Made by a program: the position numbers and the translations under genes
Assembly: GCA_046563655.1 (NCBI GenBank)
Contig: CM102283.1
Location: 6,200,001 to 6,264,000, forward strand
Source: Yuukianura sp. NJ FZ-2021
Taxonomy: Eukaryota
Direction of reading: 5' to 3'
Length of the DNA stretch: 64,000 bases
In this document: positions 24,701 through 38,303 of the stretch, piece after piece
Layout of the letters: every line of letters starts with the position of its first letter
Numbering within the stretch: the first letter of the stretch is position 1
The notes under the pieces: generated by a model
Database searches by the model: none
What the model saw: the letters and a program-made list of their open reading frames with translations, nothing else
Told to the model about the DNA's origin: nothing

Positions 24701-27700
24701 TGTGTACGGTAGCGGAATGAGAGATGGTTAAACGTCAAGTTGTCAACAGCTTCGGATCGGAAGTGGTAGTGGGGTGATACGGTGCCTTGACCGTCAAATG
24801 ACGCCTCAGCTTCACACTCAAATCCATTCACTTTTCCATTGTACAGGTTGCGACAGATAGATCCTGTTGGGCAGGTCACAATTGCACAAGGCAAAAGATG
24901 TTCACACCTTCAATTTGAAAACATAGGATTTTTGTTTAGTTTTTGAAAAATTAATAGATCAAAGTAGGTGTAACTTGATTAGGAGCGTAAATCCGGATTT
25001 TTGACGGATTCGGATTCTTCCAAATCCGGATTTGAAAAAAATGAAATCCGGATTCGACGGATTTTTTGTTCCATTTCAGGGTACGGAGAATTGGAAAATT
25101 GACGTCGAAAACCGAAACACTGAGTTAAAATTCCAAATCACTCTGAAATCAAATTAATCAAAAAGGAGCATTCCTGACGTTTCGTTATCAACTTTTTTTT
25201 GGTAGTATTTTTTTGGAGTATAAAACCTTTTGCTCATAATTTTGAAAAACCTTAAATAAAATTCTTATGGGAAATCCGATGTATTCTAAAATCTGGATTT
25301 AAAAAATTCGTCAAAGTCCGAAATCCGGATTTCTCGAAAGCGGTGACGGATTTGCACCCCTAAAAATGTGATTGACTTACATTTTCCCATCAAATTCATC
25401 TGAGCAGCGACATCTAAAGTCATTCCACGTGACCTCACATTGACCTCCGTTCAAGCAGGGGTTGACCTTGCAAGTATTGTCTGACACCACTCCGCGCATG
25501 ACTTGGCCAACTTTCACCACTTGACCCAGTGGTTCTCCCATCAAAAATGACTGAAACAAAGGTCAAAATTTAAAAAAACAAATTCCTGAAAGAATTTAGA
25601 CTACAATACCTTCAACAACTACGAAATTAAAAAAAAATGAAAAGTACGGAAACTGGAAAGGTGGAAAAAATTAAAGTTTGAAAAAATGAAAAATGAAATT
25701 TTTCTCACCCTGTTGACTTGCGTAAGCGGAAAAAATTCGACCACGTATCTATTGAGCATTTGATTTTGATGACTGGCACTCTCCGTACTCAAATTGACCC
25801 GTACGTCCTGGATGACTCCTTTAAACGGCTCCATTTTGTTATTCCAAATAGCTCGCGTGACTCTGGCAGAACTCATTTCCACTGGTATCTCCGAAGTAGC
25901 TTCATCTGGTCTCAAACTGGACATGGACAACGAAGTACTTTCAACAAATGGAGACAAAGAAGTAGACTCAGGATCAGAATCCGGTGGAATCCCACCAATC
26001 AGCATCACAGCCGGATTGAACACGAGTGTCGGTTTGAGCGGCAAACTTCTTCGGAAGTGTTCTGTTCCATTGACATTGATTTTGACCAGGCCACGTTCTC
26101 TTTGAAACGAAATCAAATGGGGTTCTCCATCGTTAATCGCAAGTCCACCTACTTTGTAAGTGTCTTCCTTCCCTTCATCAAGTTTGGCAAGTACTCCCAA
26201 CTGTCCATCATCTTCAACGTAGGCTTCCAGGAAGAGTCCGCTGTCCTTACGCTTATGTTCTTTAAGCAGAAAAATTGTTCCGCGTGGTTCCCGTGTTCTC
26301 ACGAACATGGAAATTTCAAAGGACTTGTCAAATTTCCGCCCGATTTCGTGCGGAATGTGAACTTCTATCACAGACAAAGTGGAATTTTCGTGTCCGAAAG
26401 TTGCAGCGACATATTCTGAAAAACAAAAAAAAATATTCAGTTTCATTTCGTTTCAAAGTTTTTTTTTTCTGTTTTTTTTTACCATAGCTGCAAATTTCTC
26501 CAAGAAACGGACGCGGACAGACACATTCGAACTTTGTCCAAAGATCTTTGCAAACTCCGTTGTTCAAACACGGACTGTTGTTTGGTCCACACTGTTCCGT
26601 CCTTTGACATCCGATTTGCACTAAAGTCGGATCGTATTTGAGATTGTCCGGTTTCTCTTCGGGTACAATTTTCTTGTCATTGATTTGAATGTCTTGAATG
26701 CACCCAACAAATGGCGGGAGATTTGTGAACGTCGGAAGCCCAGTTGTCCAAGGTCCACCGAGAACAGTCGTGTTGAAACCAGTTTCGACAGGTTGTTCAG
26801 CTTCCGGTTGGATCGGATGAATCGTCTGTTCTTGATTAACTCCCAATGCGATGTGGGTTTCGTTGATGGATACCCAAGCCGTGTGCCATTCTGAATTCGA
26901 AACGTTGTTGCCACTGGATATTCCTTTGAGCGAGTTCAAAAGTGATGACTGGAGGTTCAGTTTGCCACTGGAGAGGGTGAGCATGAAGTAGGTACTGCCT
27001 TGACCCAGAGCAATGAGCACATCGGACAGAGTCGTTCTGAACCGAAAGGATATTGCATAGCGACTTCGGTAGTTTTCGTCATCACTGCTCAGTTCAGCGT
27101 AGCCACCTTTGTAGCCACCGAAACTCAGGGTGGTGGATTTTTCGCAGAGCCCTCCTGCCCATCCTGGTGCACATACTGAAATAGAGGATAATCATCAAGG
27201 TGAATTAACTGATTAAGTTAACTAAAAAGTTAATCCAGCTTACAGCATTTGAATCCGTGTGTGTTGTTGATGTAGTTGGGAGTGCAAGTTCCGGAATTCC
27301 GGCAGAGGACGCCGTTGCACCCTGTCAGAGGAACGGAGCAGTTTTTGGATCCGTAGCCTGCAGGACAGTTACACTCGTAGTCGGCAATGAGATCAACGCA
27401 GGTTCCACGAACACCTATAAAAAACATATAAATTTTATGAAAATTAAATAGCATTTGAAACGAGTTCTAAGGATATAGTCGACTTCCGTTCCCAGTAAAA
27501 GATCAAACTTACATGGATTTCCAGTTCCTTGTGGCGGATCGCATTCGTTTATTTCCGTCTCACATCTGAAAATAATAATCGTAGAACATAGAATTTCTTC
27601 TTGGAATTTAACGAAGCCAAAGTTACGCCTATTTGATGTTTTTTTTTAATTACAGTGGCCCAGTATAACCATCGTTGCAGTCGCACGTAAAATTGTTAAT

Positions 27701-30700
27701 TCCGTCGATACATTTTCCAAAATGGCAAGGTTTTCCTAAAACAAAATTTTAAAGAAATGAAAAAAAAGTCAAATAAAAATTATCAAATGTCAAAATTATG
27801 TTCTCACCAACACATTCGTCAATATTGACTTCACAACTAGAATTAAAAAGCAAACAATCAATTATCATTTTGCCGTTCTGTCCTTATAAAATTTTGCAAG
27901 ACAAAAATTTTGTTCGAAGATTTCATTACTTGTTGCCTTCAAAGCCAGGAATACAGAGACACTCGTGACCTGAAGCATTTGCATAGGAGAAGTTTCCGTG
28001 AAATATGGCAGGTAGCGGTGATTCTGGCAGCTTAAGAACAAAAATTATGAATTTTCATTATTATTATTCGAATATTTAACAATAATTAAAATATTTGTGA
28101 ATTCCCTACTGCATGGTACAACGATGTATTTGACCTCTCGTAGCAAGTGGAGTTATGTTGGCACGGATTGTCCCTGCAGTCTTCATAGTCAAATTCACAA
28201 TTTGGTCCTTGGAATCCGGGGTAACAAGTACAAGTGTAGCCCTTATGTCGATCTTTGCAAGTTCCTCCGTTTCTACCTAATAATATAAATAAAAAAATTA
28301 ATTAAAAATTATATTATATAAATTATTTCAAAAATTTACTTTAAATGACTTGTAATTTTTTACATGGTGATGATTCGCAGTCGTTGATTTCTCTGTCACA
28401 GTAGAATCCTTCGTAGCCAGTGTCAGAACAGTTGCACGAAAAGGAATTGATTCCGTCGAGGCAAATTCCACCATGTTGACACGGTCCTGAGTAAACCCAA
28501 TTGAAAATCTTCAAATTTGTGACTTTTTCTTGAAAATTTGCATTTTTAGACTTTTTCGAAAGCATTTTTTAATGAACACGGAAGTAAGCTCACCGCTTTC
28601 ACATTCATCTATGTTGATACTGCAGTTGTGTCCACTGAATCCGGCAGGACATTCACACGTATAATTTGCCACGGCATCGTGACACGTAGCGCCATTTAGA
28701 CACGGATCTGATCAATCAAAAAACTAATTAACCCGTGTTTATTTTTTTAAGACAAAATACGCTTTGCATTTACTTACTATTTTCACACTCGTCGATTTCA
28801 GTCTCACACCTACAAAGATCAACAACAAGCATGAAATATAAAAAACACATTGCAAAAAATACATTTTTAAAAGACAGATCATCATCAACACACGCTAAAA
28901 TGCACGACCTACCTCGTCCCGATGAAGCCTGGGTTGCAGTTGCATTTGTAAGCGTTGACATCATCTACACAAACTCCATTTTGGCCACCTACGTCATTTT
29001 CAACATTAAAAATGAACAAAAAACTTCAGAATTGAAGAAGTTTTGAGGATAATTTAATGTTTTTTGCTCCTTACAAGGATTGCTCAGGCACTCATTGAAA
29101 TTGATGTCACAGTTGGAACCTAAACACAATTATGATTTCCTGCATCAACTTTTATGAAACACGCACAGTACAAAATAAAAGCACAAGGAAGTAAATTTTT
29201 AATTTTTTCAAAATTATGGAAAAACCTGCAAATCCTGGTAAGCAGTAGCACTGATAGCTGTCTCCTTTGGGCTGGCAGATTCCATGGACTGCACAAATTA
29301 AATAAATTATAATAAAATATATATTATTATTATATTTTTGGAGGCTGATTAACTTTAGCTGGTCGTAAGTTGACATACCGCAGGGACTTGAGCGACAAAA
29401 TGTATTTTCAGTTTCACAACGTTCTCCGTAGTAGCCTGTTCCTTCGCATGAGCAAATATGGGTGCCAGCTTCTACTGACGTCGACAGAGTTGAGCTCGTA
29501 AGACAAACACCTCCTTGATACACGTCAATTAACACAAGAGAAAGTGTCAAAATCATAGTCATTTTTCAAAATTTCAAAAAATTTGAACCAATTTTGAAAC
29601 ATTAAAAAAAATCTGAGCCGAGAGTACTCCAGAACACAGTTTTGCTATTACCGTGCTTGCAAGGACATCCGCCTGAAGGTGATTCCGTTCCGTTCGTCAT
29701 TCTCGGTTCCGGAACGGACGGATGCAACGTCGTCGTTGTACTGGTTGTGGTTGACGCAGGCGTAGAAGACGACGGCGACAAATTTTCGGATCTTCCCGAA
29801 TTCGGTCTAGCCGAAGTCCCGTTAGAAATTCCAGTCACATTTGACTGGACCACAGTCGCACTAGCCGGAATAAGTGACTCTGTCTCTCCAGATCCAGTTG
29901 TAATAGCCAACGTTTGCAGCGGCGCATCACTCGATTCGGAAACTCCCGGCCACGGAATTTCACAGTACTTTCCACCATGCGTACTCTGGGGACAGAGACA
30001 AACGTTGGACGGGAGATTCGGATCCTCGTCTTCTACCACTTCACACCTTCCGCCATTTTGACATTTACTGCAAAGCACAAAAGTGGAACGATCCGGACAT
30101 GGGTGGACATCGGCCAAGTTCAAATGAGGATCTTCACAGCCTGAGTAAGGCGTGAGAGACTGGAGTTGGAGGTAGTCGGCAATTGAGTAGTCTTCGGAAC
30201 TGAATTCAACACTGCCAGTTGTAGAGTAGTCGTCAAGAGTTCCCGCGACGGATGGAATTGGTTCACCGGTGGAACTCGTCACTTTGACACAACCGACGAA
30301 ACCGTCGAAGAATTTGATGAAAGCAGAGTCGATGTCTTTTGGATGCCGACCTGTAGTGAGGGGGAGGGTGACGGAGGGATTGGTTGGATTCGGTTGGAGC
30401 AAACCATTGAACAGGACGGAATGCCATTGGCCGTCAGACATCGGCGTTGACGAGGAATAGCGAACACGCGTCTCCGTTCCGGCTCTTGTGGTATACGTTA
30501 GTTTCCCGTCTTCGTTTAGACTCAGGGCATAATTGTCCTGCAATTTTCAAAAAAAAAGTTTTTAAAAAAAGAAATTTTCGAAAAAAAAATCGAGAAAATT
30601 TAACGTTATGACGCATGTGATGGCTCAACGGCAAGTTGCTTTGCTGGGTGTTAACTGAATATTTTTTTTGAACTTTTTTTTTGTTTTATGTCTTGAATGT

Positions 30701-33545
30701 TTTTTCATACATCAAGTATGTCCGCCCCACCGCTCAGGCGCACGGTACTGGTAATTACAGTGGTAACGACTGCGCGGAACCAATATTCAAGTTGTGATTG
30801 GTCATGTACTGATTCGAAAGATATGTTACTGCCCAAATCGGTGTACATGATTTAAAGATCTTACTGTACAATTCACTCTACATGATTCAAAACGTACTTT
30901 TAAATCAGTACATGACCAATTGTGTAAGACCCATTTTTGTTGGACGGTGAGGTTCCGCATACAGAATCTGAAGAGGCTTAACGTGAAATGGTAAAATTGG
31001 AGAGCCCTCAAGGGCCTAAGTTGAACTCAATTCTTGTGGTTTGTAACAAACAAATTAATTGACACAATCCTATTTAAGATGCCTATCTTCATCACGTACA
31101 ACCGTATCTAACCTATCTTCCATCTCCATGTCACTTTTATGTCCCGCTGATCTTTTAAAAGTACTAATTTAAATGGCATTCCGCCTCTCGTCACATTGCC
31201 GCTAAATTTTAAAATGGAGTTTTGATCTCTTAGAAAGTCTGTTGCTGAGTCACGACTGCACGACTAGACCTCGATTGACACCCAATGGCTTTCTTTTCAA
31301 AGGTTCATTGCAAAATACTATTGAAAAAATGAATAAAATGGTGTCATACTGTTACAGTTAAAAACCACTCATAAATCACTGTGCTTTTAAGACAAAACAG
31401 CTCTCTAAAATCCACCCCCAACACTTAAAAAAAAAATAACCACCAGTGACCTCTCAACCGAAAAGGTCAAAATCCAAAATTTCAATTTCTTTTTGAAAAA
31501 TGGACTGAAAAAGTGAAAGTCATTTCAACTTCATAAAATCCAATTCCACTTTCAGTTGGTTTCTTGTCCTTCAAATTAATTACTGATCGTAAAACCTTAA
31601 GCAAAGGCGAGTTCAGCAACATCATCTTTTTTTTTACTTCGCAGAATTCAGCCGAATCTTGTTGCGTCGTTCTCGTTATGTGTTAAAACAATAATAATCT
31701 CAAGTGAAATTTGAAATTTGAAGTAATTAAGGCACTTTCTGGTGCAAAGAAGTGTAGTAATTAATTATTTTCTTATGCTTCAGCTTCTTAAGAGATTAAT
31801 CATGAAAAACCTAAAGGTTTTAAAAAATCGTAATTAAATTGATCAAATTCGTATGCCATAAAGTCGTAATTAGTAAATTTGTAATTCATACATTCGTAAA
31901 TCTTAAATTTGCAAACCGTAAATTTGTAGTTCGTAAATTTGTAATTTGCCAGCGGAACATAGGCTAAGGGACATAAACTGACCATCTACTCGTCCCACTG
32001 CCCCGAATATTTATGAATTGAGCGGAGTCTTGAAACAATCGATTGAGTAATGAAGCTACTCTGCTCCTCTCCAAGTCAAAATAGACACAAAAAGTCTATC
32101 GATCCAATGGAAATTGGATCTTCTTCTTAGCTTTTATTTTATGAATGTAGCAAAAGTAGGACTTGATGTTTAATTAGCAATTTTAAGCTCCCATTGTTTA
32201 TCAAAAGGATCTTAATTACTTATACACTGTTGAAGACTTCGTCAAAGCTATAAAATGACATTGGATAGGACTGATCAAGTTCAAACTATTCTTCTTGTTT
32301 CTTTTTAAAAAGACAGATAGGAAGTTTATAGACTATGGTTTGAATTATTTCAAAGTTCGATTCCACTCTGAATCGATATTTGCCAAGGACATGGACATGG
32401 ACACGCTAAGGTGTTTCAACACTTGAAACCAAAATTCAACCCACTCCAGGACATGGACACGCCATTTTTTTTAGTTCCGTGCACCTTGCGACACGGTTAT
32501 TTGAAGGGCAAAATGAGCGGAGCAAAAGAATTTCAAAAATTGCGACTTTCCAATTCAGTGTCGAATTTGTAAAGGAAAACAAAAGCTTTCACTTTGCATG
32601 CAACAAGGTTTTGTGTTAGCACGAATTCGAGTCTTCGTGGAAAACAAACGACTTTCACTTTTGATTGACAATTCCTTTCAGTAAATTGAGATCTTTCAGT
32701 AACTTTGTTAAATTTTGGGTTCAGCATGTCAAATTTCACAATTCGAAACGTTAAATTTTATTAGCTTTCTGTTTTTAAAATTTACAATTTCAAGACTTCC
32801 AAAATTCTAAAACCCACATGAAACGTTAAAATTTCATCAGCAACTTTTTCAAAAAGAATTCGAAAAAAATTTCTAAACGTTTGAGAAAAAGCTAATTTTG
32901 AGTCCAGATGTAAAAATAGCAAAATTTTAAGATGACTTGTGCACAATTAAAATAAAGTTGCTCTTTTCGTTGCGTTTTTGAGCATACTGGTCAATCGAAA
33001 GTACTCAACATGTGAAACGAAAAATAATCAAAGTAGTTTTAATTAAGTTAAATTAATTAAACTTTCTTACAATTTTCAAAGTTGTTTAGATTCAAAAAAT
33101 GTACCTGGTAAAGTATGTTTCCAAATGGACATGCTGTTCTGAAGTGCAGTTGAAACGGTTCCCTTAGACTTTTGGTCCTTAGCAACGTTCCGTTGATTCT
33201 GCGAATGCCATTGGCCAAGCCATTGACAAAGTACGTTTCCAGCTCCATTCCAGTTGGTCCTGGAGAAGATACTGGAGAAGGGGCAATTTCCAGGGAGGAC
33301 CCTGAACTGGACCATGACGAGGAGGGAGAGGCATTGAAGGGGTCTTCTTCTGAAGTACCCCCTGTAGTGGGGGGACTTAGGACTAACAATACTGCCAAGG
33401 CACTCCAAAAGCTCCAAGTATTCGGCCTCCTTCGTCTTCTTGTCTTCCTATTGGTGGGAGGATTGTCATTGAGGTGATTAACTTCCGGAACTAACCAGTA
33501 GTGGTGAGAACTGCGGTGAGCAGTAGGACGGTGACTGCAGTCCAT
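21760..33545 (-). CDS. crb: Crumbs apical polarity protein (signal peptide, laminin-G and many EGF repeats, TM, short cytoplasmic tail); multi-exon
   Basis: C-terminus [15 protein letters not shown]...KPPPEERLI carries the FERM-binding and PDZ-binding ERLI motifs. Many EGF exons (e.g. [14 protein letters not shown]). LamG exons at about 24.0-24.9, 25.7-26.4, 26.5-27.2 and 30.2-30.5 kb. First coding exon 33545-33105 includes the hydrophobic [19 protein letters not shown]. Confidence 0.95.
24980..25362. mobile_element. hAT-like MITE relic in a crumbs intron
   Basis: Ends taggagcgtaaatccg and cggatttgcaccccta are imperfect inverted repeats with a TAGG-type terminus. Several subterminal (a)atccggat motifs lie at both ends. 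Confidence 0.55.
30797..30920. repeat. Short inverted repeat, probable MITE remnant in the large crumbs intron
   Basis: attggtcatgtactgatt (30797-30814) and aatcagtacatgaccaat (30903-30920) form a perfect 18-bp inverted repeat. Confidence 0.5.
31826..31985. repeat. Degenerate tandem (t)cgtaa(a)tt(t) repeat, probably transposon-derived
   Basis: Recurrent tcgtaatt/gtaaattt units followed by ggaacataggctaagggacataaactgacc. Confidence 0.45.
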
Positions 33546-36500
33546 TGTTCCTTGTGCGCATGAGTCGAACTCATTCCCACAGGAGACACGGCAGCCACAA
33601 ACGTCTTCTCCTGATGCAGGAACGACAAGATCTGAAATGAGATAGAATAGGTTAGGTTCAGGCTAGTTTTATGTTAGGTTTATAACACAACAAAGGTGGA
33701 ATTTGTTACGCCATAGTCTTTTACAATGGAGAAATTAAATGACTTTTCAAGAAGTCTCATAGAACAGAAGCCTCCAACCTCAATCGATTACGAAATCGGA
33801 ATTTAATGCCACAATTACTTTACACATTACTAATTGCAGTACGCACAAAACTATGTTCACAGCAAAAACAAAAAGAGTTTCCGTTAACACTAAGAAAAAC
33901 TTAATGTTCACCTGATTCATGTACAAAGTAGTGGTCCATCTTGTGCAGAAATCAATGCACAAAAAGTTTAAGCACGTTTGCAAACTGTAATTATGCACAT
34001 AACATTACACTTTAATGTGATTTTTAAAACTTCCTGTTTCCTATCCTGGACTTTAAAGTGTCACAATTAGGTTAGTCAGCTTCCCGGTTTGTCAGAATTC
34101 GCCAACAATCCAAAAATTTTGCAAACTAATCAAAATTTTCTTGGCAAATTAAATTTTCTTCCTCTTATTTTGATGTTTTGAAAAATTTAAATCACCATAA
34201 TTTAGTAGTACTCAAGTTTGGGCTTGTAAATTTGCAAAATTTGAGGCAATAATATTGTTACGAAAAATACCGTATTTGACAAGTACGTGTACTACTGTTA
34301 AAATGAACTACTGTTAAAAAAATGTGTGATTGTGGCTGCGATTGAATTGTCAGGCTCAGAGATAAAGAGGATTTTGGACTACTATCTCTCCCATGCTTAT
34401 CTTCCACACCTTACTTTTTCTTCATGCCTAATTTTGCAAACAACGGTACTAGTTCCGTCATTACTGCAAATGCAAAAAATTCAACAACATCATCTAAACG
34501 GGCATGCGCAGGAAGGGGGAAATTCAACTTTGCGAAAATGTTTTCTCACCTCCCTTCCGTCGCAAGTGCTCAATTCATGAATTCCTTGACACTTTAGCAC
34601 TTACTAAAAGTAGATCCGCAACTTGCAGTACTTATGTTATGTACTTAACATATTATATTTTTTATATTATATATTATTATAATTTTAAGGATACAGAAGG
34701 GTAAGAAATGAGATCAGAATCGGTCGTGGACTACTGCAGGCAATTAGACTAGAGACACCGTTAGCTTTTGCCACGAGACAAAAGAAAATGACAAACAAAT
34801 TGAGTCACGCTCATGACTCCAAAATTTGCAAATTGGAATTTCAATTCGGAATTGCAAGAAACATAGTCACACTAACTACTCATTCTCATTCTCATGTATG
34901 CGTACTACCCTAACCACCAAAACCTAAACCCAAGTTAAACTTTAGTTCTTTTCAGGTACTAAAACTCGATATACGTCGTAAACTTAAGTTTTTCTGGATA
35001 CTGACTCATCATCATCATGATTCAATCGATTTTTTTCGCCCAGAGGTCAATTATCAATTCAATTCACAAATTAATATTCTTGTGGAAGATGCAACTCCAA
35101 GGCCACTTTCCAAACAATGCGCATGTGCAGAATGAAGCAAGGCCGAAAATGACAGTTAACTGAAACATGAAGTATTGTTTCTCAACTACTGCATTTTTTT
35201 CACTTTGTAAACAAAAGGCAACAAATTAGACTCTATTAACAAAAGACACTCAAAATTTGCCAAATATGGAGAATGCTAATGTTTTTGAAGATTCGCAAAT
35301 GCTTGATGCCTGTTTTCGCAAATTGCTGAATACTGGACCTTGTGCCCATTGGAGTTTCACAAGGATGCTTGTTTCTGTTTTAATTGTGAAATTAATTGTA
35401 GACTGAAGTTTTTGTTTTCCTTTTCCTTATTGCCAAGCATGCTTCTTAAATACTAAATTCACAAAATGTGTAGACATAAGGCTAAAGAGGATTCTAGAAG
35501 TTAGCGAAGTGTGAAAAATTTTAAGAACAAAAACAAAGAAATCCGCCCTCAACCTGGGAAAACACGAGATGATGTCAAAGTACTTTTAGGAAAATACCAC
35601 CTTAGGGATACACAAAATCACCCGTTTCCGGCTGCTTGGGTTCCATTTGCAAAAATTTTGCAAGAAAAAAACTTAGACTGACGAAGAACACGAAACTTTC
35701 TTTTAAGCATTTTTCCTTTCTACCCTTCTTCCCATGTCCGTTCCAAATGGGTGCCATTTTGAGTAGTTTTCTTAGCATACAAAGCACGAAAATCCAAAAT
35801 CCTTTTGTAATTTTGTTAAAAGTTGAAGTGCAAGGAGGAACTCATGGGCAGTCGAACGCAAAATGACTTTTGAAATCATTTCAACTTTCATGTTACCAAG
35901 TAACTAAACATTTTTCCAAAAGAAGTACATTTGCTTCAAAGTTTTCTTTCTCCTAAAGTTCAAAATTTCCTTGATTTTGTTGTTTTTTGCTACTCAAAGT
36001 TCAAAGTCAGAAGTAAATGTCAAAGTCAAAAGTTACGCAATTTTTACGCATTCAAAAAATACGCATTTTTTTCTGTTAAGTGTTTTTTTATTTTTTGCAA
36101 TTTTTTTAAAATCCAGAACCCCCAGTAATGGATTGGTTTAAATGTCCTTTTGTATTGATTAAAAATTGGCGTGACTCATGACTCTCACCTGTATCTTCCA
36201 TTTGTTTTGTGACAATTTTAGAGATTGTGTGTAATCACTTCCAACTTTCAATCCATTATGTTACTGAGATGACCCATTTCCAGAATGTACCGTACGTTCC
36301 GTAACGTAAAACACGGCCAATGACCTCTGGAACCACCCTTACATGTTGATTGGCACTTGAACTATTGTATGAGGTCACTCCGAGGTCAAATATAAAGTGT
36401 AAATAAAAATGCCCAGTGTATTCACAACCTATGGACACCACCCTACGCACCAACAAATACTTGTACTTTGTAGATACACTTTCGTCCACTGGTGGTCGTT

Positions 36501-38303
36501 GGGACTGCGGCCGGACGAAGACTGTTTTGCCAGGCAAAGCATACCTCGGGAATTGCAGGGGAATCGACCAGGTAGAGTCCGTACCTCACCTGTCCATTGT
36601 TCTTCTGAGCAACGTATACACACTTATCCCGATGGAATCCACTCTTAACACCCACTTCCCCCGCTGCAACAATCAAGATGGGCGAAATACACTTAGGACT
36701 TAAGCTTTTACCATCAACTGACTACGAAACATAACATAAACGGCCAATTCCCTATAAGAGACCAATGGATCTAACATAGGGTAGGGGAGATTCAAAAGGC
36801 AGGTGGAAACAGCTCAAGTTACTTAGGGATATTCAATTACCAACAATGCATTCAACCCGTTGTACATGTACATTTGTACACTAGTGTACATGTACGAGTC
36901 ATCAATGGCTCAAAGGCTTAGCAATTGCATACTTGAACTCCATACTATAACAATTTTAAGGGTGCCAGGAAATGGCAGGTGAATGAATCTCTCACGCACA
37001 AATTTACAAACTTTAACCTTCGACTCTTCTTCAATTGTTCATTCAATTCCTTACACAAATTTCGTCCGTTTCTGGACGAATTTGTTTGTTTTGTTTTTTG
37101 GCGCAAAATTACAAACTACTTAAGCAGAAACATGTTGACCATCGAAATTGCATCTTTGCATATCCGTCATAACAAGAAAGGAATTCCAGATGAACAAGGG
37201 TCAATTTTCAGAGCAAAATCAATGGGAGATTACAGTACTCAAATTGTGGAAGCTGCTATTTTTGAATTTGAGGATTTTGTTCGTGGTGTTTGGAGTGTTG
37301 AGTTTCAGCTTTGCTTTTTGGTCGATTTGTAATTGTAATAGTCGCCGTCCTTCTCGAAAGTGTGAGGCTCACCACCACGCCATCTACGGACCAACGAGAT
37401 TTTTTCTTGTCTTTAAAACTGTAAAAGAACAGCCATTTGTTTTTATTTTGTTGATCTTAAAATTAATCCTAAAGGACAGTGAACTTTGACTTAATAATAT
37501 GTTTAGGTTGATATTGATACGATTATAAGTGCTATCGCCGGTTACGTTCAACTGGGTTTGGAACCAAAAGTGAAAAATGAAATCTGTTGACGGGAAGGCC
37601 CCCCCCCCCCCTTTCTTCGTTTTCGAAAAATCAAAAAATGACAAAGTCCAAAAACATGCAAAGGGGGTACCCTTCCCCACCAATTTTTTTTTTTGCAGAA
37701 AACATTTGGAAATGGTATCAAACGTCGAAAAAAGTCAAAAGCGAGAAGGAAGGGTCCCCTTCCCTTAGTAGACTCCAATTTTCTGCAAAAGACAAGGTTC
37801 CAAACATGGAAATTGGTTTGAAGCAGTTTGTTCTGGAGCGCCTTGTTTCAAATTTTCTCAACAAGTTCCATTGGTTTTTAGTCTCAGTGAAGGCCTGGCA
37901 TTTGCATCTCATTTGACCCTTAGGAATTGATTTCTATTGTGGGTATCTAGACAAAAGGACATTGACTTCCATTCCAAGTAGGCCATTGTCACTGTCACCA
38001 GAGCATCAACACATACAGTATCTACACTGTCTAATATCTGGGCTATTAATACTATCTCATCAATTAACTAACTTTCTAAGTGTTTAAGAATTCAGTATTC
38101 AGTTCACGCATAAATTCTGCTACAGAATTCCTACAATCCACCGATTCTGGCAACTGTAGGAATGCATTTATTTCTTACATTAAAAAAAATTTAGAACAAA
38201 TTTCAAAAACGCGTTCAGTGGAAGTTTCAAGTCAATTTCGAGAAATTCTACTTGGGCTGTTTTTGAAAGTTTCATTTATAACTTTGTCGTTTTAAAGGAT
38301 CTA

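Noticed and set aside
25718-26419. 233-aa + strand ORF and other long ORFs overlapping crumbs exons
   Set aside because: Antisense shadows of crumbs LamG exons with no recognisable motifs.
30240-33250. N-terminal laminin-G-like domain and long pre-signal extension in crumbs as a novelty
   Set aside because: A comparable N-terminal region is present in insect Crumbs, so it is not unusual.
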